Origin: Nannocystales bacterium
GTDB lineage: Bacteria > Myxococcota_A > Polyangia > Nannocystales > Nannocystaceae
Direction: 5' to 3'
Length of the DNA: 64,000 nt
Assembly: GCA_050633305.1 (NCBI GenBank)
Contig: JBOEGF010000007.1
Span: 160,001-224,000, forward strand
The notes under the pieces: model-generated
Seen by the model: the letters and a program-made list of their open reading frames with translations, nothing else
What the model was told of the DNA's origin: nothing
Database searches by the model: none
Shown: positions 50,543 through 59,680 of the stretch, piece by piece
Layout of the letters: each line of letters starts with the position of its first letter
How positions within the stretch are numbered: position 1 is the stretch's first letter
Program-made: the position numbers and the translations under genes

Positions 50543-51543
50543 TCGTCTTTCCCAAGACCCTGCTGGAGGCGCAGGCTTCCGAAGGCACGATTCGAGCCGG
50601 TGGGACCGAGCTCCAAGAACGTCGACGGTTGCCCGGGATGGGGGGCGACCTCGTCGACCTTCGGGACACTGCAGGTTTGGACTCGTTGCGGTTTGCCGCG
50701 GACGGCACGCTTCGCATCGGGGCGGGGCGCCGCATCGCCGAGGTCGGGTCGAACGCCGAGATTCAGGCCGCCTACCCGGGATTCGCGGAAGCCGCCGGAG
50801 GTCTCGCGACGCCGCAGATTCGGGCGGTCGCGACGATGGCAGGCAACCTGTTGCAGAGGACCCGCTGTTGGTACTTCCGCGCTCCCCAGACCGGCGACCG
50901 ATGTTTCAAGCGCGGAGGCAACATGTGCTCGGCCCGCTCCGGGGACCACCTGTTTCACGCGTGTTTCGATCTGGGGTCGTGCGTTTCGGTGCATCCCTCG
51001 ACCCTCGGTATGGCGATGCTCGCCTACGACGGACTTGTCGAGGTCGCACCCGGCGGCATGCGTTCGGTCGCGGAGCTGCTGGGCGATGGCTCCGATGCAT
51101 CGGCCGACAACACGCTGCGGCCCGGTGAGGTGGTGACGGCGTTGGTCCTGCCTGCGCCACAAGCCGGCGAACATTCCGCGTACTTTCGGGCGATCAGTCG
51201 CGCGCGATCCGAGTGGCCGCTTGTCGAGGTCCTCGCGCGGCTCGTGGTCGACGGCGGCGTGATCAAGGAGGCCGCCATCGCGTTGGGTGGCGTCGCTCCC
51301 GTTCCTGTGCGGGCCTCCGTCGCCGAAGCCAAGCTGGTCGGCAAAGCTCCCGATGCGGCTGCATTTCAAACCGCGGCGGAGGCGGCCACGGTCGGTTCGG
51401 CTCCGCTCCCCATGACCGGCTACAAGCTCGAACTCATCGTGGGATCTGTTCTCGAGGCGCTCGAGCGTGCCGCCAAGCGCGACCCCGTGGTGCTCCCAGC
51501 GCCGATCCACAAGCTGCCCCGTTCCTCCGAGAAGACCCCATGA
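50539..51543 (+). CDS. FAD-binding subunit (PaoB/YagS-like, with 4-Cys cluster insert)
   Basis: AGGTEL, ATPQIRAVATMAGNLLQRTRCWYFR..C..C..C, ALGGVAPVP; ATGA-coupled. Confidence 0.9.
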   Translation: MIVFPKTLLEAQASEGTIRAGGTELQERRRLPGMGGDLVDLRDTAGLDSLRFAADGTLRIGAGRRIAEVGSNAEIQAAYPGFAEAAGGLATPQIRAVATMAGNLLQRTRCWYFRAPQTGDRCFKRGGNMCSARSGDHLFHACFDLGSCVSVHPSTLGMAMLAYDGLVEVAPGGMRSVAELLGDGSDASADNTLRPGEVVTALVLPAPQAGEHSAYFRAISRARSEWPLVEVLARLVVDGGVIKEAAIALGGVAPVPVRASVAEAKLVGKAPDAAAFQTAAEAATVGSAPLPMTGYKLELIVGSVLEALERAAKRDPVVLPAPIHKLPRSSEKTP

Positions 51544-51773
51544 ATCCCCTGCGTTTCGACCTGTGCAAGAACCTGCGCTGGAAGTCGCACTCCCGCGACT
51601 CCGGCGACCCCGCCGCGATTTTGGAGTCTCTGCAACGGCAGCAAGTGCCGTTCGATTGCTTGCAAACGTGTCAGCCGTGGGGCCCCGACGACGACATCGT
51701 CTCTCCGGGCGCGTGCGGAAAGGAACGGACCTGTTTCGCTCAGAGCCGCCTCGTGGAGCCACCGATCGCGTAA
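51540..51773 (+). CDS. Small Cys-rich hypothetical protein (77 aa)
   Basis: ATG overlaps the FAD-subunit stop (ATGA); CKNLRWK...CLQTCQPWGPDD...C...RTCF. Confidence 0.7.
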   Translation: MNPLRFDLCKNLRWKSHSRDSGDPAAILESLQRQQVPFDCLQTCQPWGPDDDIVSPGACGKERTCFAQSRLVEPPIA

Positions 51774-51794
51774 GGGCTGCTACCGTGCTGCGCG

Positions 51795-52160
51795 ATGACG
51801 CGCCCGTCCAAGGCCGACACGCCCCACGAGGTCGCAGCGATCATGCGTTCGCTGCCTCAGCGCTTCCGCCCGGGTCAACTCGGCGACTGGAGCGGGACGT
51901 TTCATTGGGACATCCGAGGTGCCGACGAGGCGGAGTGGACCGTCCGGGTCTCCGACTCCGGGTGCGAGGTCTTGGCTGGTTTGCAAGGCGAAGCCGACTG
52001 CGTCGTTCGAGTTGGCTCGAAGACCTTTGTTGGCATCGAAACCGGTGAACGCAGCCCGATGATGGCGTTCGCCAAGGGCAAGATCAAAATCAGCAACGTT
52101 GGAAGCATGCGCCGCTACGAGAAGGCGTTCTTCAAGTTCCACGACGTGCCGAAGGACTGA
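51795..52160 (+). CDS. SCP2 sterol/lipid-carrier domain protein
   Basis: TFHWDIRG..EWTV, ADCVVR, G..SPMMAFAKGKIKIS. Confidence 0.85.
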   Translation: MTRPSKADTPHEVAAIMRSLPQRFRPGQLGDWSGTFHWDIRGADEAEWTVRVSDSGCEVLAGLQGEADCVVRVGSKTFVGIETGERSPMMAFAKGKIKISNVGSMRRYEKAFFKFHDVPKD

Positions 52161-52210
52161 GTTTCCTTCGATCCGAACGGCTTGGGGGCTCGTATCGAGG
52201 ACGAGTCCAC

Positions 52211-52852
52211 ATGTACTTCATGTCCACGCAGGGGTTTGACCCCACCTCTCGCCGTCCGGTACGGTGGTCCGTGTCTGGCGGCGGCGGCTCGGGGCCTCCC
52301 GATTTCTCCTCTTTCGACGACCGCGCGTTGGTCGCCGAGGCCGCTCGTGGCGAGGTCAACGCCTTTGCGGCGCTCTACGATCGCTTCGCGGGGATCATGC
52401 TGGCAACCGCAAAGCGGATGTTGGGCGACCGCGGCGGCGCAGAGGACCTCATGCACGACGTGTTCATGGAGGTCTGGCGCAACGTCGACAACTACGACCC
52501 GACGCGGGCCACCGTCCGTACCTGGATCCTGGTACGGCTTCGCTCGCGGGCGCTCGACCGACTTCGGTCCGCCACCGTACGGCGCGAAGTGACCACCGAC
52601 GACGTCACCCCGAACGAGGCCCCGGTGGCCGAAGACCCGTCGCTGGCTCCCGATCGCACCGCGGTCGTTGCGGCACTGCAGAACCTGCCAGACGACCAAC
52701 GCATGGTCATCGAGCTCAGCTACTTTCATGGGCTGTCCTCGTCTGAGATCGCCGAACGGATGGGCTCTCCGCTCGGGACCGTCAAATCAAGAACCGCAGC
52801 CGGGTTGGCGAAGATTCGCTCCGCCATGCAGATAGGAGCCACGGGCCAATGA
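52211..52852 (+). CDS. ECF sigma factor (SigK-like)
   Basis: AFAALYDRF, AEDLMHDVF.EVW, RSRALDRLR, LPDDQR, GLSSSEIA..PLGTVKSR. Confidence 0.92.
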   Translation: MYFMSTQGFDPTSRRPVRWSVSGGGGSGPPDFSSFDDRALVAEAARGEVNAFAALYDRFAGIMLATAKRMLGDRGGAEDLMHDVFMEVWRNVDNYDPTRATVRTWILVRLRSRALDRLRSATVRREVTTDDVTPNEAPVAEDPSLAPDRTAVVAALQNLPDDQRMVIELSYFHGLSSSEIAERMGSPLGTVKSRTAAGLAKIRSAMQIGATGQ

Positions 52853-53412
52853 GCGATGAAGACACTTTCGACCCCGCGGTGCTTGGCGCACTGGTGCACG
52901 GGCTCGAGCCGGCCACCCCGGGCGCATCGTTGCGCGAGCGTTTGATGGCCGCCGTTTCCACGAAAGGCCGGTTCATGCCGTTCCTCGACCGGATGATGCG
53001 GATCTTCGATCTGCCTGAGGCCCGAGCGCAGGCCGAGCTGTCGACCTTCGATGCGCCCGACGATTGGGAGGCGATGACTCAGGGAGTCCAGGTCCGCGAC
53101 TTCGAAGCGGGTGCCGCCTGCGGCGAGGCGCACGGCGGGCTTGTTCGGGTGGAGCCCGGGCACGCGTTCCCTCGGCATGCACACGTCGGCGAGGAGACCG
53201 TCTTGGTCCTCCAGGGCGAACTCGAGGATGATGCCGGCACCCGGTACCGGGCGGGAGATACGATTGTCAGCGGTGACGGCACGAGCCACGAGCTGCGGGT
53301 CGTCGGCGAGACGCCGCTGCTGTACGCGGCGCTGGTGGTCGGAATCAACATCGAAGCCTCGGGCGACGACGATGACGATGACGACTGGGACGACGACACG
53401 GACTTGGACTAG
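52849..53412 (+). CDS. ChrR-like cupin anti-sigma factor
   Basis: ATGA-coupled; P..SLRERL N-terminal motif, FPRHAHVGEETVLVLQG, GTSH; acidic tail. Confidence 0.82.
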   Translation: MSDEDTFDPAVLGALVHGLEPATPGASLRERLMAAVSTKGRFMPFLDRMMRIFDLPEARAQAELSTFDAPDDWEAMTQGVQVRDFEAGAACGEAHGGLVRVEPGHAFPRHAHVGEETVLVLQGELEDDAGTRYRAGDTIVSGDGTSHELRVVGETPLLYAALVVGINIEASGDDDDDDDWDDDTDLD

Positions 53413-53504
53413 TCGAGCGTCTCACGCCGTCGCGTCGGGCGGACGCGGTGGCTCCGGTTCATCGAGCGCCCGCGATCGTCCTGGTTGGCGACCCTTCCCT
53501 CGAT

Positions 53505-53978
53505 CTACGACTTCGGGATGTAACCCGCCGGCTCGTGCCCGGACGGAGCCTCGGAACCGACAACTTCCTTGATCTGGCAGGCCACACCTGCCGCTTGGAA
53601 GACATCCGCGAGGTCTTCGATTTGGGGTCTGATTCCTTCGACGAGAGGAGCGCCTCGCGCGGGGCGTTTCGCCGTCCTCAGCGCCGACAACCGATCGAAG
53701 CCAAGGTGCGCTCGCAAGACGGCGACCGTCGGCTTCAATGGCCGGGGAGGCTCCGTCAACGACAGCCCCCACCACCCGGATCCCTTCATGATCGCGGTCA
53801 CGAACACCTCGGGGGTGCTGTCGCCGTCGGCTTCCCACGCGCCGCCACACGAGGCGCACCGAAACGACTCACTGTACGTGATGACGCCCGAGTCGAATCG
53901 CGCATAGGCATCAACGCGGCCCACGCCGAGACACTTCGAACATCGCAACTCCCAAGCATGTCTCGCGGTTCTGGTCAT
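53505..53978 (-). CDS. Hypothetical protein with two CxxC motifs (zinc-ribbon-like)
   Basis: CSKC and CASC; no family recognised. Confidence 0.55.
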   Translation of the reverse strand: MTRTARHAWELRCSKCLGVGRVDAYARFDSGVITYSESFRCASCGGAWEADGDSTPEVFVTAIMKGSGWWGLSLTEPPRPLKPTVAVLRAHLGFDRLSALRTAKRPARGAPLVEGIRPQIEDLADVFQAAGVACQIKEVVGSEAPSGHEPAGYIPKS

Positions 53979-53998
53979 CGTTTCCTACGGCGCCTCGC

Positions 53999-54313
53999 TC
54001 ATCGAGGGGGAGGGGGGCTCAAGGCACAGGAGCACTTCTCCGCCCAAACCTCGGTTTCCCCGCAGATGTCCGTGTACGCGCCCCGCACCACAGTAACCTC
54101 AACGCCTCCTTTGTCCAGAATCGTCGCTGTGATTCCGGCGTCTCCAACTTGGATGAACCATGTTCGGTCGTCCAACCACTCGAGATGAAGGAAGTCCTCG
54201 ATCGCCAGCTCATCGAATAAACCGGTTCCGGAGTCTTCCACCGTCGTTCCGTCTGCGGTCTTCTCCTGCGCCCTCCATGGTCTTGCCGCGGTCGAAACGA
54301 AGTTCTCGGTCAT
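53999..54313 (-). CDS. Small acidic hypothetical protein
   Basis: ATG at 54313; FDELAIEDFLHLEWLDDRTWFIQVG looks like a real folded beta domain. Confidence 0.55.
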   Translation of the reverse strand: MTENFVSTAARPWRAQEKTADGTTVEDSGTGLFDELAIEDFLHLEWLDDRTWFIQVGDAGITATILDKGGVEVTVVRGAYTDICGETEVWAEKCSCALSPPPPR

Positions 54314-54407
54314 GGCCGATTCGATCGTCTCGCGGCCGAGTGCTGACACTCGTCGACATCCGCCCTGGACTCGCGACGGCCCCACGGTTGACGGCACCCC
54401 GCCGGGT

Positions 54408-54845
54408 TCAGTCGCGAGGCGCCACGACGCGCTGGTGAATCGTGCGGAGCGTCCAGTACATCAGCAGTCCCGCTGGACCCAGCATGAACGTGGTCACCAG
54501 GCAGGGAATGACGAGCAAGTGATGAATCTTCAGTCGCTGCGCATCCCGCAGCTGCCAAGCGCCAACCACCAGGTCGAAGGCCAAGTAGTGAATCCATCCG
54601 GCGAGCAGGGCACGCTCGTCGCTAAAAAGGAGCCCGACTGCGTGCAGCGTGCCGAACCCAGCGCCTTCAGGGGCTGTCCCGGTGCTGGTCAGCACCAAGA
54701 CCGTGTAGACCACAGCGATCAGCAGAGGCAGAACGACCGGCGCGACCCAGCGAGTCCCGAGCTGCCAACGGGGGGCGAGGATCAGGAGGCCCCAGCCGAT
54801 CATCGCGACTACGCCGCATACGGAGAAAATCTGTTCGTTGTCCAT
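54408..54845 (-). CDS. ABA4-like (DUF4281) membrane protein
   Basis: GWGLLILAPRW, LLAGWIHYLAFDLVVG, FMLGPAGLL. Confidence 0.92.
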   Translation of the reverse strand: MDNEQIFSVCGVVAMIGWGLLILAPRWQLGTRWVAPVVLPLLIAVVYTVLVLTSTGTAPEGAGFGTLHAVGLLFSDERALLAGWIHYLAFDLVVGAWQLRDAQRLKIHHLLVIPCLVTTFMLGPAGLLMYWTLRTIHQRVVAPRD

Positions 54846-54858
54846 GGCCTTCTACGTT

Positions 54859-54881
54859 CAATCTTTCCGGTGGAAAGATTG
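54859..54881. promoter_or_regulatory. Palindromic operator, probably bound by the adjacent TetR
   Basis: Perfect inverted repeat CAATCTTTCC-GGT-GGAAAGATTG, 13 nt upstream of the ABA4-like start, between divergent genes. Confidence 0.75.
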
Positions 54882-54974
54882 GGTATGATGGCTACGCTCG
54901 GCGTTGTCAAGGTCGCTTGCCAGGTTCACACCGTGGAGTATCGTCGTCGGTCCCCGGACGTGAGGACGGTGCCG

Positions 54975-55628
54975 ATGGGCAAGACGACCAAAGAACCCGC
55001 GGGCAGTGCCTACCACCACGGAGACCTCAAGCGCGCGCTGCTCCGTGCAGCGGACGAACTCCTCGCCGAAGAGGGGATGCACGGGGTGACGCTACGAGCA
55101 TGTGCGCGTCGTGCAGGCGTCTCGCACACGGCGCCCAAGCATCATTTTGGCGACCTCTGCGGCTTGTTGACGGCGGTGTCCCAGCTCGGGTTCGAGCGTC
55201 TCCTCGAGGCGCTGCGCGATGCGATGGGGCCGGTGATGGGCGAGCTCGACGAAGAGATGTTCGCGGTCACGAGGGCATACGTCGGATTCGCACAGGCGCA
55301 CCGGGAGCACTTCCGGCTTATGTTCCGCGCCGATCTGCTCGAGGGGTCCACGGACGAGCTTCCGGCTTCAATTCTCGCGACCTTCGTCGAGCTGACCAAC
55401 GTCATCTTGCGACAGCGGGGCGAGCCGAACTTGGAATGCGCGGCAGACATGGCAACTCCTTCCAGCGAGCTGGTGGACGACATTCTGATGGGGTGGTGCA
55501 ACATCCACGGCTACGCTCATCTGCGGATCGCAGGTCAGCTGATGATGGTCTCGGAGGACGAGGAAGAGGCCCACCTGCGTCGCCTGAGCCGACGCGTGGC
55601 GCGAGCGATTCAATCCCCGGCCTGTTAG
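54975..55628 (+). CDS. TetR/AcrR-family regulator (YHHGDL subtype)
   Basis: YHHGDLKRALL, TLRACARRAGVSHTAPKHHF, YVGFA..H..HFRLMF, W.NIHG. Confidence 0.92.
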   Translation: MGKTTKEPAGSAYHHGDLKRALLRAADELLAEEGMHGVTLRACARRAGVSHTAPKHHFGDLCGLLTAVSQLGFERLLEALRDAMGPVMGELDEEMFAVTRAYVGFAQAHREHFRLMFRADLLEGSTDELPASILATFVELTNVILRQRGEPNLECAADMATPSSELVDDILMGWCNIHGYAHLRIAGQLMMVSEDEEEAHLRRLSRRVARAIQSPAC

Positions 55629-55728
55629 ATCGCGACACCATCCGATCTCCCGCGAGATGGCTGAGGGGCATGGACAGATTCGGGGGCGGTGGTACTCACC
55701 ATACGCAAGCGTATGGAGACGCGCACCG

Positions 55729-56331
55729 ATGCGACTGACGACCGAAGAACACGCAAGCCACGCCTGGCGACTGCCCGAAGTCGCGCCCGATTTCACGCTC
55801 CTGGATGCGTGGAAGCTTCCCGCAAGCGGGGGAGAGGACGAGTTCGACGGCCTGCTCGCGCTGTGGTCGGCGCTGGACCCCACCCAAGAGTCGTCGGGCT
55901 TTTCGCGAGTGTTGTTCAGGGTGCGCGATCGCCTTGGCCAGTGGTTCGGTTGGGATGAGGAGACCAATACCCTGCCCATCCCGGGGTGCCGAGAATCGTC
56001 GCTACGGGAGCGTCTTCCCGCCGATCTACCCGCGCTTCCGATTCCGAACCCGGCGAAGAGTCCGTTCGTGCCGGTGTTCCGCGCGGAGCGGGAGTGGGCG
56101 GGCGAGCTGTCGAACTCGACCGTGCACGCGGTGCTGCAGCTTGGATGGGTTCGGCGGGACGACGGGCGATTCGACGGTCGGCTGGGGGTCTACGTGAAGG
56201 CTCGCGGATGGTTCGGCCGGGCGTACATGGCGGCGATCGCCCCGTTCCGGCACTACATCGTGTACCCGGCCTTGATGCGACAGGTCGGGCGGCTGTGGCA
56301 GGCTCGCAGTCAGCATCCGCGGGGGTCGTAG
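55729..56331 (+). CDS. DUF2867 family protein
   Basis: DFTLLDAW, ELSNSTVHAVLQLGW, GRAYMAAIAPFRHYIVYP. Confidence 0.82.
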   Translation: MRLTTEEHASHAWRLPEVAPDFTLLDAWKLPASGGEDEFDGLLALWSALDPTQESSGFSRVLFRVRDRLGQWFGWDEETNTLPIPGCRESSLRERLPADLPALPIPNPAKSPFVPVFRAEREWAGELSNSTVHAVLQLGWVRRDDGRFDGRLGVYVKARGWFGRAYMAAIAPFRHYIVYPALMRQVGRLWQARSQHPRGS

Positions 56332-56442
56332 CGGCAAAACACAGGGCGACGCGGAGATGGTTCGTCGGGATGAGTTCGATGTACCGACGCTTGGCCACGG
56401 CGCCACACGCGACGCCACTACGCGTGGCACTGTGCGCGCGTC

Positions 56443-57546
56443 ATGACGCTCGCCTCCAACGCCCAAGTGACGCCCGTCTCACGACCGGTTGTGGTCGAGC
56501 ACGCCAGGACTCCGGAGACCGCGCCCGGGGTCACGAAGAACGACCTTCCCATCTTGCAGGCTCGTCTCGCACGGGGGGACAGGGCTGGGGTGTACGTGGA
56601 TCTGTACAACCTCACCGGCGACGACATTTGGTTGATGCATGCTCAGATCACCTCGTACTCCGGCTTGTTCGGCGGCGCGGCGCTCAGCGCAAACTTCCTG
56701 GCGAAGCTCGCGAACCCTCGCAAGTACAACGTCGCCCTCGATGTGTTCTCGCGCGAGATCCTCGAGTCGATGCTGCGCGTGGTCAAACGCGACGTCGAGT
56801 CGGGCGGGACCGGGCGTCCGTCGGTCGACACGCTTCGCACCGATGGGGACCGAGGGGTCTGGAAGAGCAAGGGGATGGGGGACCACTTCCCAGGGAACAT
56901 CCTGTTCATGGAGGTGCACGAGCACGGTCTGTCCGGTCTCGGCACGTTCTTGTCGAAAGGGACATTGCACGGGCTCGAAGCCGGGCTGGACGGTGCCAAG
57001 AACGGGAAACGCCCCAGCGAGTTTCGGACGGGCCCGTACCGCACTCACGAGAGCCGCGACCGACGGTTCATCACGGTGACCGACAACCGGACGCAGAAGA
57101 TGGAGGTCTTCTTCGACAAGGAGGCGTCCGGTGGGCTCGGCGTCGTGGGGCAGATCGATGACGAGCCTCTATCGCGCGAGGAGTATCGCTGGCACGAGCG
57201 CACCGCGCTGTGGGAGTTCCTCCAGGCCAACCAGGACTCGGAGCAGACGATGGACCGACGGGTCTTGTTCGAAGGAGGGAAGGGGTCGTTGCCCAACCCC
57301 AACATCCCAGGATTGTTCGAGGACCAGGAGATCCTCGACCGCATGATGTTCCGGAGTCCCACGGACGGAAACTGGTACAACGAAGACCTCAACGGGCGTG
57401 TTCGAGATGGTCGGTTGCTCGGTTTCCTCGAGGCACGACGCGAGGAGGCCCTGGATTTTCGGCGAAAACGAGGTCTGTCCCTCGAACCGCAGATCCCCGG
57501 GCGCTACACCAGCGCCAAGCTGTGGCCGGCGCGGCAGACTCGTTGA
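56443..57546 (+). CDS. Hypothetical protein
   Basis: 367-aa ORF with normal composition and GC3 bias; motifs GDRAGVY..LY and W...G.G..FPGN. Confidence 0.7.
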   Translation: MTLASNAQVTPVSRPVVVEHARTPETAPGVTKNDLPILQARLARGDRAGVYVDLYNLTGDDIWLMHAQITSYSGLFGGAALSANFLAKLANPRKYNVALDVFSREILESMLRVVKRDVESGGTGRPSVDTLRTDGDRGVWKSKGMGDHFPGNILFMEVHEHGLSGLGTFLSKGTLHGLEAGLDGAKNGKRPSEFRTGPYRTHESRDRRFITVTDNRTQKMEVFFDKEASGGLGVVGQIDDEPLSREEYRWHERTALWEFLQANQDSEQTMDRRVLFEGGKGSLPNPNIPGLFEDQEILDRMMFRSPTDGNWYNEDLNGRVRDGRLLGFLEARREEALDFRRKRGLSLEPQIPGRYTSAKLWPARQTR

Positions 57547-57568
57547 TCCTGGCGCGGACCGGCGCTCC

Positions 57569-58723
57569 TTACTGGAACGTGCCGCTGCCGAAGTCGGCTC
57601 CGACCGGAACACACCACACGCTCACACCCCCGAGGTCGTCGAGCGTGAAGCCTTCAGGGAGCGTCAGCGTCAGGACTTCGCTGTTGTAGGGAAGGTCCCG
57701 GACGAGGTTCTCGCTCATGCTGAAGCCGTCGTCATACATCCCCTCGAAGCCGCCGTAGATCTGAGCGTCGATGCCCTGGCCGTCGAAGTTGAAGTCCCGG
57801 ATCTCGATGGTGCAGTTGTCGATGATCTCGGCGGTGCCACCGACGTCGTGGAAGAACATCTGCAGCTCGGCGGTCTGGCCGACCTTGGGGTGGGTGGCGG
57901 CACAGCCCGAAGGGTCGACGGGATCCACGGGATCGTCGGGGTCCATCGGGTCGTCGGGGTCGGTCGGGTCGTCGGGGTCGGTCGGGTCGTCGGGCTCCAC
58001 TGGGTCGGGGTCGACCTGGTTGGGGTCGTAGTCCCGGGAGAGGTACGCAACGATGTCGAGGAGTTCGTCCTCGCTCAGACGATCGGCGGCCCAGAACGGC
58101 ATGACGCCCCCCGTGAGTCCCTCGTAGATCTGGCTGCCGGGGAGGCCACTGGTACGAACGCGGCGGGCGACATACGCGGGGTCCAGCACCCCGGAGGCGA
58201 CCGAGATGGCTTGCTGGCTGCCAACGCCGTCTTGCCCGTGGCACTCGGCACAGCTGGCGTTGAACATCGCCCGCCCTGCGTCGGGGTCTCCGCCGGAGGG
58301 GGCTGTTGGAGGTGCTGCGATCTCGAAGGTTATCTCGTCTTCGGCGCCGCTGCCGGACTCCACAAAGGCCCGCAACGAAATCATCCGTGGGTCATCCGCG
58401 TCCCAGGGGTCGGCGGTCATCCACTCCGACAGGCAGGAGTTCGCGGCATCTTCAAAAGAATCGAGTTGCCCGTTCTTGAAGGTGTCTCGACTCGTGGCGC
58501 CGCCGAGTGGATGCCCGACCCGCCGCAGGCCCTCGGCATCGTCCATGGCGTGACACGTGGCGCACGTGAAGGTGTTTCCGCCCTCGACGGTCTGCTCGTA
58601 GAGCGCTTGACCTTCCGCGACCAACTCGGGGTCCGGGGCCGGCGCGCCCTCGCTGTCGTCACAACCGGTCAACAGGAGGGTGGCCATGGGGGCCGCGAGG
58701 ATCAGGGTCTTCAAATCCAGCAT
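57569..58723 (-). CDS. Lipoprotein dihaem cytochrome c (TsdA-like) fused to a DM13 domain
   Basis: Lipobox LTGC; CATCH, ANSCL, CAECH, VMP; DPDDPT linker; HDVGG, NFDGQG, SVWC...ADFG (DM13). Confidence 0.8.
   Translation of the reverse strand: MLDLKTLILAAPMATLLLTGCDDSEGAPAPDPELVAEGQALYEQTVEGGNTFTCATCHAMDDAEGLRRVGHPLGGATSRDTFKNGQLDSFEDAANSCLSEWMTADPWDADDPRMISLRAFVESGSGAEDEITFEIAAPPTAPSGGDPDAGRAMFNASCAECHGQDGVGSQQAISVASGVLDPAYVARRVRTSGLPGSQIYEGLTGGVMPFWAADRLSEDELLDIVAYLSRDYDPNQVDPDPVEPDDPTDPDDPTDPDDPMDPDDPVDPVDPSGCAATHPKVGQTAELQMFFHDVGGTAEIIDNCTIEIRDFNFDGQGIDAQIYGGFEGMYDDGFSMSENLVRDLPYNSEVLTLTLPEGFTLDDLGGVSVWCVPVGADFGSGTFQ
57912..58030 (-). repeat. In-frame 18-bp repeat encoding a DPDDPx linker
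   Basis: EPDDPTDPDDPTDPDDPMDPDDPVDPVDP between the cytochrome and DM13 domains. Confidence 0.85.
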
Positions 58724-58819
58724 CTGACTTGCTCTGCGCGACCCAACCCGGGCGCGAAGGGGCATACGCCCGCCTCGCCCGACGGTTACACAGTTGGGGT
58801 ACTCTCGGCGCGAATCGCG

Positions 58820-59680
58820 ATGACTCAGGTCGATCAGTTCGAGAGCGTGTTCAGAGCGGCCGCCAAACCCGTTTTCCATCCGTCCGCGGTGGAGCTGGAG
58901 CGGGTCCTGGTGGTCACAGATCTTCCTCCATCGGAGGCCAACGACTACGGCGGCGGGGTGGAGACGTTCCTGCGCCATGCGGCGAGCGCAGATGCGGCGA
59001 GCTACGACACCATCGCGGGGGTCGAAGCGCGGAGTACGGGCCAGCTGCTTCAGCTGGTCGAGGATGCAGCGCCCAGCTTGGTGTGCGCCTATCGCAACCT
59101 GTTCAGCGATGGCTGGCGGTGGCCGCACAGTCTTGGGGAAGCGTTGGACCTCCTGACGCAGACCACCGAGGCGCCCGTGCTCGTGTTGCCGCACCCCCAA
59201 GAGGGCAGTCAGGCGGAGCACGCGCTGCAAAACATCAACCAGGTCATGGCCGTGACCGACCACCTCGCTGGAGACGACCGCCTGGTGAACTGGGCGGCTG
59301 CGATGACGCAGGATGGCGGAACACTGACGTTGAGCCACATCGAAGACCAGAGCGTCTTCGACCGGTACATCAGCGTCATCGGGAAAATCTCGTCGATCGA
59401 CACCGACTCTGCGCGGGCTTCGATCGAGAAGCAGCTGCTCAAGGAGCCGGCCGACTACATCAACTCGGTTCGCGAAACCCTGAAGAAGGCGGGCACGCCC
59501 ATTACGGTGGAATCCGAGATTCGGCTCGGCAATCACCTCTCCGACTATCGGAGCTTGGTGGCCGAGCACGAGGTCGACATGCTCGTGCTCAACACCCGCG
59601 ATGACGAACAACTCGCCATGCATGGGCTCGCCTATCCCATCGCCGTCGAGATTCGAGACATTCCACTGCTGATGCTGTGA
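58820..59680 (+). CDS. Universal-stress-protein-like (tandem USP) protein
   Basis: RVLVVTD, APVLVLP, QVMAVTD, VDMLVLN, IPLLML; two USP-like halves. Confidence 0.7.
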   Translation: MTQVDQFESVFRAAAKPVFHPSAVELERVLVVTDLPPSEANDYGGGVETFLRHAASADAASYDTIAGVEARSTGQLLQLVEDAAPSLVCAYRNLFSDGWRWPHSLGEALDLLTQTTEAPVLVLPHPQEGSQAEHALQNINQVMAVTDHLAGDDRLVNWAAAMTQDGGTLTLSHIEDQSVFDRYISVIGKISSIDTDSARASIEKQLLKEPADYINSVRETLKKAGTPITVESEIRLGNHLSDYRSLVAEHEVDMLVLNTRDDEQLAMHGLAYPIAVEIRDIPLLML

